DNA of 46,585 nucleotides from an uncultured Victivallales bacterium (GTDB lineage Bacteria; Verrucomicrobiota; Kiritimatiellia; UBA8416): assembly GCA_964652765.1 (NCBI GenBank), contig CAZZBA010000003.1:1-46585 (forward strand), given 5' to 3'. The notes under the pieces were generated by a model. That model worked only from the letters and a program-made list of their open reading frames with translations. It was not told the origin of the DNA and ran no database searches. Shown one piece after another: positions 19,550 to 27,510 of this stretch. Made by a program: the position numbers and the translations under genes. How positions within the stretch are numbered: the stretch's first letter is position 1; every line of letters starts with the position of its first letter.

Positions 19550-20662
19550 ATGAAAAAGCAACGGATAATACGCATGGGCATCGTCGGGCTCGGGCGCGCC
19601 GGCTGGGGGATGCAGTGCCGCGAACTCGACTTGCGCCGCGAACGGTTCGAGATCGTGGCCGGCTGCGACACCTATGCCCCCTGGCGGGAGCGCTTTGCCA
19701 GCCACTATCCCACGGCGCGGACCTGCAACGACATCCATGCGCTGCTGGCGGATGAGGCCGTCGACCTGATCAGCATCGCCACGCCCAGCAACGAGCATTT
19801 CAACCATGCGATGGCCGCGCTGGCGGCCGGCAAGACGGTTTTCCTGGAAAAGCCGATGTGCGGTACCTATGCCGAGGCCTGCCGGCTGCGGGAGGCCTCA
19901 CGTCAGGGGCCCGGACGGCTTTTTGTGCGGCATAACCGGCGGTTCGAGGCTGGCTTCCAGGAGGTGAAGCGCGTGCTGGAGTCCGGGCTGCTGGGTGAGA
20001 TTGCCGAGATCAAGCTCGCGCGCGTCAGCTTCGGGCGGCGCAACGACTGGCAGACGCTGCGCGCGTGCGGTGGCGGCCAGCTTGGCAACTGGGGATCGCA
20101 CATCATCGATCATGCGCTCCAGTTTCTCGGCGCACCGGAGCGGCCCCTGGCCGGGCAGTTCAGCCATCTGGCCCGGATCGCGGCAGTCGGCGATGCCGAG
20201 GATCACGCCAAGATCGTGCTGACAGGGCAGTCCGGCACGGTTGTCGACATCGAGGTCGGCGGGGGTTCGGCCCTGCCATCCCCGACCTATCTGGTCTGGG
20301 GCACGCGCGGCGCGCTGGAAGGCTGGGACAACCGCCTCAAACTCAAATACCTGGACCCGGCGGTGCCGCTGACACCGCGTACGGCGTATGCCGGCGTGCC
20401 CGGCTCCGAGTTCACCCAGCCCGACGGCGAGCAGTCGCTGGCGGCACGCACGATCGGCTCGAATTTCGGGCAGCCCGAGACCCTGCACTGGATCGAGGAG
20501 GAAAGGGAGGTTCCCGATGCCGATCCGGGCGCGATCTGGGATGCGCTCCATGAGACGCTCTGCGACGGGGTGCCGTTCCCGGTCACGCTGGATCAGGCCG
20601 TGGAAGTCATGCGGGTGATCGACGAGGCCCGCCGCGGCAGCGCGTTCGAGTATATCGCCTGA
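19550..20662 (+). CDS. Gfo/Idh/MocA family oxidoreductase
   Basis: Rossmann N-terminus MKKQRIIRMGIVGLGRAGWG and the conserved EKP motif in VFLEKPMC. Start set at ATG 19550 rather than TTG 19523. Confidence 0.8.
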   Translation: MKKQRIIRMGIVGLGRAGWGMQCRELDLRRERFEIVAGCDTYAPWRERFASHYPTARTCNDIHALLADEAVDLISIATPSNEHFNHAMAALAAGKTVFLEKPMCGTYAEACRLREASRQGPGRLFVRHNRRFEAGFQEVKRVLESGLLGEIAEIKLARVSFGRRNDWQTLRACGGGQLGNWGSHIIDHALQFLGAPERPLAGQFSHLARIAAVGDAEDHAKIVLTGQSGTVVDIEVGGGSALPSPTYLVWGTRGALEGWDNRLKLKYLDPAVPLTPRTAYAGVPGSEFTQPDGEQSLAARTIGSNFGQPETLHWIEEEREVPDADPGAIWDALHETLCDGVPFPVTLDQAVEVMRVIDEARRGSAFEYIA

Positions 20663-20679
20663 ACTTTGAGGCTAACGCT

Positions 20680-21327
20680 ATGAATCTACTCGTGACGGCG
20701 GGGCCGACCCGCGAATTCCTGGATCCGGTGCGCTTCCTGAGCAACCGTTCAACGGGAAAGATGGGCTATGCCCTGGCGGAGGCTGGTTTGGCGCGTGGCC
20801 ATGCGGTACGGCTGATCTCGGGGCCGGTTTCGCTGGTGCCGCCGGAAGGGGCGGAGCTGACGCGCGTGACGAGCGCGGCCGACATGCTGGCGGCGGTAAT
20901 GGACGCCCTTGCCGGTTGCGACGTGCTGGTGATGTGCGCGGCGGTGGCCGACTGGCGCCCGAGGCAGGTCGCGGTACAGAAACTCAAGAAGAGCGCGATG
21001 AGCGGCACGCTGGAGCTGGAGCGGACGGCGGATATCCTGCAGGCGGTGCGGGGGCTGCGACGCCCCGGCCAACTGGTTGTCGGCTTCGCGGCGGAAACGG
21101 AAAACCTACTGGCGGCGGCCGACGGCAAGCGCAGCGCCAAGGGCCTGGATCTGATCGTGGCGAACGATGTCAGCCGCAACGATGCCGGTTTCGAGGTCGA
21201 CACCAACGCCGTCTGCCTGGTCACGGCCAGCGGCATCGAGCCCCTGCCGCTCATGTCGAAGCGCGCCGTGGCCGACCGGATCCTGGACTGGATCGAGGCA
21301 AACCGTCCTCCCGTGACCCATGCGTAA
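20680..21327 (+). CDS. coaB: Phosphopantothenate--cysteine ligase (stand-alone CoaB domain)
   Basis: MNLLVTAGPTREFLDPVRFLSNRSTGKMGYALAEAGLARGHAVRLISGP matches the start of the CoaB half of bifunctional CoaBC. At 215 aa there is no room for the N-terminal flavoprotein (CoaC) half. Confidence 0.8.
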   Translation: MNLLVTAGPTREFLDPVRFLSNRSTGKMGYALAEAGLARGHAVRLISGPVSLVPPEGAELTRVTSAADMLAAVMDALAGCDVLVMCAAVADWRPRQVAVQKLKKSAMSGTLELERTADILQAVRGLRRPGQLVVGFAAETENLLAAADGKRSAKGLDLIVANDVSRNDAGFEVDTNAVCLVTASGIEPLPLMSKRAVADRILDWIEANRPPVTHA

Positions 21328-21341
21328 AAGCGACATTATGG

Positions 21342-22154
21342 TCATGCCGGGTCGATGCGGCGGACAGCGCCGCCACCGCTGTTGATGAAATTCGTGACCG
21401 CGCTCATCGCGTTGGCCGCGATCTCGTAAAGCTGCAAGCTCCCATCCTGCGCGATGCCGACCAGGCAGCCGAAGAACACGGCGCGCAAATAGAAGTTATC
21501 GGAGATGAACAGCAGGTAGACCACCGTCCACCCCGGGATCAGCAGGCACAGGATACCCTGGAACATATTGTCAGACAGGGCCTTCAGCACCACGATCACG
21601 TTGAGCAGCAGGATGCCGCCCCAGGCGTACTGCATCAGGTCCGTGATCAGTTTCGCCGGCAGGTTCTGGCTGCCGGGCAGGTTCATCTCGCTACCGTAGC
21701 GCAGGTAGCCGGTCGCGGCCCCGATGAGTGCGAACAGCAGGAACGCCAGCAGCGTGTGGCGGGTCCCTTTGCGGCGGGTCTTGACCCTCGGATGGAGTTC
21801 AAGCGGCGTCTGGCGCAACAGGTCATCGGCCTGGAAGGTTTCCTCGGGAGCCGGGGCCTTCGGCACTTTACCCTTCGGCGGGGTAAACCGTTCGACAACC
21901 TCGGTTTCAAGCTGCTCGCGCTGCTGCTTGGCAACCTTCAGGCGCGAGCCCCCTGCCGGAGCCGGCGCGGTGACGGGAATCGGGGCGGGCGTTCCCGCCC
22001 CGGTATCCGGCACAGGCACCGGGGCGGATGGGGCACCCCCGCTCTTTTGCAGCGGTCCGCCGCAGGCGGCGCATTTCAGCCTGGAAGGCTCCGCGAATTC
22101 CGAGACAACACGGGGTTTGCCGCATGCCGAGCACCTGTATTCGATATCTGCCAT
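21342..22154 (-). CDS. Hypothetical membrane protein with N-terminal zinc-ribbon
   Basis: The N-terminus MADIEYRCSACGKPRVVSEFAEPSRLKCAACGG carries two CxxC pairs. A Pro/Ala-rich linker and about four hydrophobic helices follow. It is the last gene of a three-gene minus-strand unit. Confidence 0.6.
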   Translation of the reverse strand: MADIEYRCSACGKPRVVSEFAEPSRLKCAACGGPLQKSGGAPSAPVPVPDTGAGTPAPIPVTAPAPAGGSRLKVAKQQREQLETEVVERFTPPKGKVPKAPAPEETFQADDLLRQTPLELHPRVKTRRKGTRHTLLAFLLFALIGAATGYLRYGSEMNLPGSQNLPAKLITDLMQYAWGGILLLNVIVVLKALSDNMFQGILCLLIPGWTVVYLLFISDNFYLRAVFFGCLVGIAQDGSLQLYEIAANAMSAVTNFINSGGGAVRRIDPA

Positions 22155-22174
22155 AGCCTGTTTCTTTTCTGGGT

Positions 22175-23425
22175 TTAAACATTCCTGAGTTGCTGGTCGA
22201 TCTGTTCAAGCTGCTGGTTCAGTTGCCGTATTTGCGGGTCGTTGGCGACGTCCTGGGCGACATTCTTGTTCTGGCCATTCCAGTCGTCTCTTTTCTGCTT
22301 GAGTTCATTGTATTTCGGCATCACCACGAACTGATCATTCTTGAGGGTGCGGAGCCGGTTTGCCAGTTCCATGCGCCGGGCCCCGGTGGCCTTTTTGTAC
22401 TGTTCATTCAACTGCTTGGATTCATCCATGATGGCTTTATACTTCAGCGCGACAGCGAGGAATTCAGCCTGGTGCGGATTCCGGTTGCTGGCGGCTTTCT
22501 CCAGCTCATCCTGTCGCGATTTGATGGCACCGAGAACCTCCCCCCGCCTTGAGACGAGAATCATCTGTTCCTTGGATGCGCTTGATATCGGATAGCCGAT
22601 ATTGAGTTCAACATCGTCGCGCCGAAGGATGACATCCTTGAAGCTCCCGCTGCGTGACCGTACCGAGCAGATGACCAGATCCCCGCTGGAGGTACTGCGG
22701 GTTTCCTGCACATCGACCAGGCTGCCGGCGGGGATCTCGCGCATCTTCTTCCCGTTGCGGTCGTAGACCGGCGCGTCCTGGGTGCTGACGGCCCCCCACA
22801 TGGCGTCCGGGTTGTAGGCTGGCGGAGGGGCGACTGGCGGAGGCGCGGTCCCGGTTTCTGTTTCCGGTACCGGCGCGGCTGCCTCGGATGGCGGGGGGGG
22901 CAGCGGCTGTCCCGCCAAGGGCAGGGAATGCAAGGCGATGGCAGGCCGCGCGGCCTCCTCTTCAGGACCGGGACGCAACTCGGCTGCGGTGGCGTCCGGC
23001 TGAGGAGCCTGACCCTGACTGAATTTCCGGTAGAGGAAATTGACAAGCATGTCCGCGGGAATCAACGCCTTCTCGGCCAGAGGAAGGGCAGACAGGAAGG
23101 AACGGTCTTCCGGCACGGGAGGCGCATCGGGCGAACCGGCCTGGAGAAGGGCCTGCTTGTACAACCCGGCGACGGTCTCGCTGAAGGCAGGGTAGGCCGG
23201 TGCCCAGCGGTTGGCTAGGCGCAGCTTGCGGATTACCTGCTCCGGCTGACCACCCTCCGCGTATTTCAAGGCGCTGGCCGCGGCATTGCGTACACACCAC
23301 AAGCGAAAGCCGGCGATCAGGCAAAGGACCAGCACGGTGTCGACGAGGGCGATGATCACGAAACGGACAAGGAAACGGCGGATATGTGTTGGCATAGGCG
23401 ATGGGGTCTGAACGGGGTTAATCAT
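22175..23425 (-). CDS. Hypothetical membrane-anchored protein (Pro-rich linker, SH3-like segment, C-terminal coiled coil)
   Basis: One N-terminal TM helix (FLVRFVIIALVDTVLVLCLIAGF), a proline-rich tract, and a heptad-rich C-terminus (QQLEQIDQQLRNV). Its start overlaps the stop of the upstream small gene by 8 nt (ATGATTAA). Confidence 0.6.
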   Translation of the reverse strand: MINPVQTPSPMPTHIRRFLVRFVIIALVDTVLVLCLIAGFRLWCVRNAAASALKYAEGGQPEQVIRKLRLANRWAPAYPAFSETVAGLYKQALLQAGSPDAPPVPEDRSFLSALPLAEKALIPADMLVNFLYRKFSQGQAPQPDATAAELRPGPEEEAARPAIALHSLPLAGQPLPPPPSEAAAPVPETETGTAPPPVAPPPAYNPDAMWGAVSTQDAPVYDRNGKKMREIPAGSLVDVQETRSTSSGDLVICSVRSRSGSFKDVILRRDDVELNIGYPISSASKEQMILVSRRGEVLGAIKSRQDELEKAASNRNPHQAEFLAVALKYKAIMDESKQLNEQYKKATGARRMELANRLRTLKNDQFVVMPKYNELKQKRDDWNGQNKNVAQDVANDPQIRQLNQQLEQIDQQLRNV

Positions 23426-23699
23426 GAGGTTCGGAGATCATACTGACGATCGCCAGCACGCCGACCAGGATTCCGAGAATGATGTAGATGGTCTTGGCGG
23501 GGGTCGGCAGATTGCAAACCACCATCCAACCCCAGCGACATGCGAAAGCATAGGCGACAACCATGCCGGCACGGTTGTAACGGTAAAGCAGGGACAAGGC
23601 AAGCAGGACGACGAACAGTGCCACCTCGATGGAAGGCAAGTTCAAATGCGAACTTTTAATGATTTGAAACACGTTTCCAAGCATGTCCGTCACCTCCAA
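23418..23699 (-). CDS. Small integral membrane protein, hypothetical
   Basis: 93-aa ORF with about three hydrophobic helices. It is translationally coupled to the following gene. Confidence 0.5.
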   Translation of the reverse strand: MEVTDMLGNVFQIIKSSHLNLPSIEVALFVVLLALSLLYRYNRAGMVVAYAFACRWGWMVVCNLPTPAKTIYIILGILVGVLAIVSMISEPHD

Positions 23700-23789
23700 T
23701 TGTCTGGATCGTATCGCCGATGCAACGGGTTTGCAAGTCGATATTCCCCAGACAGCTAAAACCTAATCAAAAAGGCCGTCAAAAAAAGC

Positions 23790-23817
23790 TTGCTAAGTCA
23801 GAAAAAAGTCGTATACA
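23790..23817 (+). promoter_or_regulatory. Candidate sigma70-like promoter upstream of the barrel gene and maturation operon
   Basis: TTGCTA (23790-23795), a 16-nt spacer, then TATACA (23812-23817). It lies in an A-rich divergent intergenic region about 65 nt upstream of ATG 23882. This is motif resemblance only. Confidence 0.3.
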
Positions 23818-23881
23818 TTGCAGACATCGGGATGGTTAGGCGCAACGCACGAATCAACAAATCCGATGGACGGGGGGACAC

Positions 23882-24430
23882 ATGAGAGCGAGGAGACTGC
23901 TCATATTGGTGCTGACCGCGATCACGACCGTGGCGCAGGCAGAGACTTTTCATAAGTTAGGAGGCTCTCTCTCCGTCATCAACTCGGTTTCCGACTACAC
24001 CTTCGGGGGCCCCGGCCTCCGCTATGAGTTCGGCAGCGCCCAGAGTTGGGGTGACATCAGCGCGGAATTGCAGGTCAGCTACAACATGTTCTCTGATGAT
24101 TCGAACAGCAGCGCGGATGATAGCTCTTTCACGATCATGCCTTTCGAAGCCGGCGTCAAGTACGCGCGCCCCATGAGCGCCTTGATAGCGCCCTATGCGT
24201 CGGTCGGCGTGGGTGTCTACTCATTCGACGACGACAGCAGCTTCAGCTACGATCCGCTCATGGGCTTCTACGGCGCCCTGGGGTGTGAATTCAGATCCCG
24301 TCAACTTCACTGCATCTACTTTCAGCTGAAGTATACGCTGGCGACCGGAGACGTGGATGGCAACGGATTTGGCACGACCTACGGGGTGGATGGCATCGGC
24401 GGCGAAATCGGAGTGATGGCCCGTTTCTAG
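23882..24430 (+). CDS. Small outer-membrane beta-barrel protein (OmpW/porin-family-like)
   Basis: Signal peptide MRARRLLILVLTAITTVAQA/ET. Alternating hydrophobic beta-strand pattern with aromatic girdle residues. The C-terminal residue is Phe (GGEIGVMARF), typical of BAM substrates. Confidence 0.7.
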   Translation: MRARRLLILVLTAITTVAQAETFHKLGGSLSVINSVSDYTFGGPGLRYEFGSAQSWGDISAELQVSYNMFSDDSNSSADDSSFTIMPFEAGVKYARPMSALIAPYASVGVGVYSFDDDSSFSYDPLMGFYGALGCEFRSRQLHCIYFQLKYTLATGDVDGNGFGTTYGVDGIGGEIGVMARF

Positions 24431-24495
24431 CAGGGCATATACCAGCGCAGTGTTGTAATTGAACCTTATGTCGGGACCGGAACAGGAGGGTAGTC

Positions 24496-24927
24496 ATGAG
24501 CGAGAATCAGAACGAGAAGGGCCTTGAAGGAGAAGAACCCAAGGTGTTCAGCATCGCGCAGTTCCCCGCTCCTGGTGGCACAGACATTGATCGCAGATCC
24601 TTCTTCAAGAGCGCTGCCGCGTTCGCGGGTACCGCTGCCGTCGTGGGTCTGCTCAGCGGATGCGAGACGGAAGACGGCGAGCATCCGTTCGTCGATGACG
24701 AGGAGGATCTCCCGGGTGAGCCCGGCACCGTACCGCGTGGCTCAACCGGCATGCAAATCCAGGCGGAGAGCGGCCATGTCCGGCACCTGCCGGTCAATTC
24801 CGGGTTGCCCGCAGGCTGGACATGCACCTGCAATACGGTAACTGTGCCCTCATGCAGTTGCGATGGTCATGTTTCTAGCGGGAGTGGCGGTCATACCTAC
24901 TACATCACCTACTGGTATCCCAACTGA
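24496..24927 (+). CDS. Tat-signal/lipobox protein with C-terminal Cys/His/aromatic-rich module; putative substrate (precursor) of the downstream maturation enzymes
   Basis: AGGAGGG lies upstream of ATG 24496. The twin-arginine motif DRRSFFK has its RR codons at 24592-24597. A hydrophobic h-region AAAFAGTAAVVGLL and the lipobox LSGC (Cys56, 24661-24663) follow. Next is an acidic linker, then the C-terminal WTCTCNTVTVPSCSCDGHVSSGSGGHTYYITYWYPN (24817-24924). The stop lies 7 nt before the first radical SAM gene. Confidence 0.8.
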   Translation: MSENQNEKGLEGEEPKVFSIAQFPAPGGTDIDRRSFFKSAAAFAGTAAVVGLLSGCETEDGEHPFVDDEEDLPGEPGTVPRGSTGMQIQAESGHVRHLPVNSGLPAGWTCTCNTVTVPSCSCDGHVSSGSGGHTYYITYWYPN

Positions 24928-24934
24928 CCGGAAT

Positions 24935-26293
24935 GTGGCCATTCGCTGGCAGAGTCTCCGACCCGATATTTTTGCCATAGAAACGGACGATTCCCCGCCG
25001 GTGCTCTATGCCCCCCTCCAGGGGGTGGCCATGCAGGTCAATCAAGCCTATATCCGTCATTTCCGCGCCGCGCTGGACGGGGATGCGGTTGCCATGCAGT
25101 TGATGGGACTGTCCGGTGAGGTCCTGGACTCGTTCGTCCGACCGCCCCAGAGCCTGGCCTGGCGCCTGGATCCGGAATGGCCCCGCAAGTTCGAGCCGAC
25201 CGGCGCAACGGTCTTCCTGACCCACAAGTGCACGATGCGCTGCGCCTACTGTTACTGTCACGGGGGCGAAGGCCGCGACATGCCGTGGCCGGTCTTCGAG
25301 CGTGCTGTTCGCTTTGTCGCCGACAACGCGCGCCGGTTGGGTCAGACCATGAAGCTTAACTTTCACGGTGGCGATCCGGGTGCCTGCTGGGGCCTGTTCC
25401 AGAAAAGCGTGGCGTTCGCGGAACGAATCAGCGCCGAGGCCGGCATCCCGCTGGAAATGACCATCGGCACGAACGGACTGTATTCCGATGACCAGGCTCG
25501 CTATATCGCGGACCATGTCCGCGACGCGACGCTCTCCATCGACGGCACGAGCAGAGTGCATGACCGCTGCCGCCGGACGGTCAACGGCCAGCCCACCCTG
25601 GAGCGGGTTCTGCAGACGGCACGGATCTTTGACGAAAAGGGTCTCTCCTACTTCGCGCGAATGACCGTCACCGGTGAGGACGTCGCGGTCCTGCCGGAAA
25701 GCGTGGACCACATCTGCCGGAACACACAGGTCAAGGCGCTGCGTGCCGAGCCGCTGTACAGCCGTGGTCGGGCTGTCACCCACGGACTCCATTCGCCGGA
25801 TCCCGCAGCCTTTGTCGATGCGTTCCGGAAAGCGCTGAAGGTCGCGCAGTCCCATGGCCGCGACCTGTCGTATTCCGGTGCCCGAGTCACTGGCGTGCAG
25901 TGCGCCTTCTGCGCCTATCCGGAGCCGACCTTCGGCGTAACGCCCGAAGGAAACCTGACATGCTGCTATGAAATCCTGCATCCCGAGGATCCGCTGCGCG
26001 ACCCCTTCTTCTACGGACGGATCCCCGAGGATGGATCTGCCATCCAGGTGGATGAGGAACGTGTGGCGACCATCCGCAGCTGGGCCCGCACCCACCGCGC
26101 GGCCTGCGCCGGCTGCTTCTGCGTCAACACCTGCGCCGGCGACTGCGCAGCCAAGGTCATGGACGGACACCGGGCGGGGCCCGAGTCCCCCGCCCGCTGC
26201 GAAATATCCCGCGCACTGGTCTACGACATGATCCTGGCCGTCCTTTCGGGGGGGAAGCCGACACCGGATATCCGATCCGGAGTTGTGTCATGA
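24935..26293 (+). CDS. Radical SAM/SPASM-domain maturase, paralog 1, with N-terminal RRE-like extension
   Basis: CX3CX2C is HKCTMRCAYC (25229-25252), with GGDP in the SAM-binding GGE position and TNG. The C-terminal SPASM motif is CAGCFCVNTCAGDC (CX2CX5CX3C). The start is uncertain. I prefer GTG 24935 because IRWQSLRPDIFAIE..VLYAP aligns with FRRIGSSPLPIFLAE..IFYAP of paralog 2. ATG 24863 would overlap the upstream gene, and ATG 25031 would remove the conserved segment. Confidence 0.85.
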   Translation: MAIRWQSLRPDIFAIETDDSPPVLYAPLQGVAMQVNQAYIRHFRAALDGDAVAMQLMGLSGEVLDSFVRPPQSLAWRLDPEWPRKFEPTGATVFLTHKCTMRCAYCYCHGGEGRDMPWPVFERAVRFVADNARRLGQTMKLNFHGGDPGACWGLFQKSVAFAERISAEAGIPLEMTIGTNGLYSDDQARYIADHVRDATLSIDGTSRVHDRCRRTVNGQPTLERVLQTARIFDEKGLSYFARMTVTGEDVAVLPESVDHICRNTQVKALRAEPLYSRGRAVTHGLHSPDPAAFVDAFRKALKVAQSHGRDLSYSGARVTGVQCAFCAYPEPTFGVTPEGNLTCCYEILHPEDPLRDPFFYGRIPEDGSAIQVDEERVATIRSWARTHRAACAGCFCVNTCAGDCAAKVMDGHRAGPESPARCEISRALVYDMILAVLSGGKPTPDIRSGVVS

Positions 26294-27510
26294 ACCATTG
26301 CGCAACACGTGAAGCAGCAGCGATCACGGACGTGGCGGCCACGGGTGCCGACCTGCCGGAATCCCTGGCCCGGATACGCGACGAAGCGCTGGCCTTCCAG
26401 GAGCACGCCGGAGAACGCGCGAGGACCGCGCGGGATTGGCAGCGACAGGTCACGCTCTTCCGGCAGAATGCCCCCGCAGCCCGGATCGAGGATGATGGCG
26501 ATACGATTTGCTCCGGCGACCTTTCGCCGGGCTGCGTGGCCTGCAAAACCGGCCGGTGGGATTGTCTCTTTCTTACCCTGTCCTGTAATCTCCAGTGTCC
26601 CTTCTGCCTGACACCCAGGACGATCTCCGACCAGCCCGTACGCTCGGCCCTGAGTGTGGATCTGTCCGGCCTGTGCGCGCAGTATGCCCGTACCGGCGTC
26701 CAGGGCGTTGGCATTTCCGGGGGAGAACCGTTCCTCCAGCCCGACGTGTTGCTGCACTGGGTGACCGTTCTGCGGCAGGAACTGCCGGATCTCTACCTCT
26801 GGGCCTACACCAACGGAGTCTGCCTTACGGACGACCTGCTGGCGAAGCTGGCCGAGGCCGGTCTGAATGAACTCCGCTTCAACCTGGCCGCCACCGCCTA
26901 CAGGCACCCCCATGTCCTGTCCATGCTGTATGAGGCGGCTCGCCGTCTTTCCGCCGTGGCGGTGGAGGTTCCCGCCATCCCGGAGCATCGCGACCTGCTC
27001 CTGGGGGACCTGGAAGACTGGGCCGGTGGCGGCGTCCGATACCTGAATCTGCATGAACTGATCCATGACGACGGAAGCCCGTCGGAAAACATGCCCGGGG
27101 CGCGCCTGGATTGCCGGATGCCGGACGGCCATCCGTGCGCCGTCAATCCCGCCAGCGCGGAACTGGTGGCAACCATACTGGCTCGCGTGGCCGGGCAACG
27201 AATCCCCCTGGCCGTGAACTACTGCTCGCTGCGCAACAAGGCCCGGCAATTGCGCGGCCGCCGGCGGCTGATGGCGCCCGGAACCTTGCAGCCTCACGAG
27301 CGACTGCGGGAAGATGGTTCGGCAGAGAGCCTCTGCATCTTTGACGGGGCTGATGTCCGCTTTATCGATCCCTCCGTGCGGGATGCCAAAGAGCCTCCCG
27401 CGGCAGGCGGAAGGATGGCGCTTATGCGCCGGTTGCCACCCCTGAGCTGTACCGGTGACGGACAGTGGGTGCATTTCGAACTTCTGCCGGATCGGGCAGG
27501 CAAGTCATGA
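26290..27510 (+). CDS. Radical SAM enzyme (non-SPASM) with extra N-terminal Cys motif
   Basis: CX3CX2C is LSCNLQCPFC, preceded by CSGDLSPGCVACKTGRWDC. GGEPFL and YTNG are present. There is no CX2CX5CX3C at the C-terminus. ATG 26290 overlaps the upstream TGA (ATGA). Confidence 0.85.
   Translation: MNHCATREAAAITDVAATGADLPESLARIRDEALAFQEHAGERARTARDWQRQVTLFRQNAPAARIEDDGDTICSGDLSPGCVACKTGRWDCLFLTLSCNLQCPFCLTPRTISDQPVRSALSVDLSGLCAQYARTGVQGVGISGGEPFLQPDVLLHWVTVLRQELPDLYLWAYTNGVCLTDDLLAKLAEAGLNELRFNLAATAYRHPHVLSMLYEAARRLSAVAVEVPAIPEHRDLLLGDLEDWAGGGVRYLNLHELIHDDGSPSENMPGARLDCRMPDGHPCAVNPASAELVATILARVAGQRIPLAVNYCSLRNKARQLRGRRRLMAPGTLQPHERLREDGSAESLCIFDGADVRFIDPSVRDAKEPPAAGGRMALMRRLPPLSCTGDGQWVHFELLPDRAGKS

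Noticed and set aside
24863-24934. ATG 24863 as the start of the first SPASM maturase, which would overlap the last 65 nt of the substrate gene in another frame.
   Set aside because: The extra 24 residues (MVMFLAGVAVIPTTSPTGIPTDRN) have no counterpart in paralogs 2 and 3, and no SD precedes this ATG. GTG 24935 aligns with the paralogs' N-termini. This rejection is not certain, and a gene caller may prefer the ATG.
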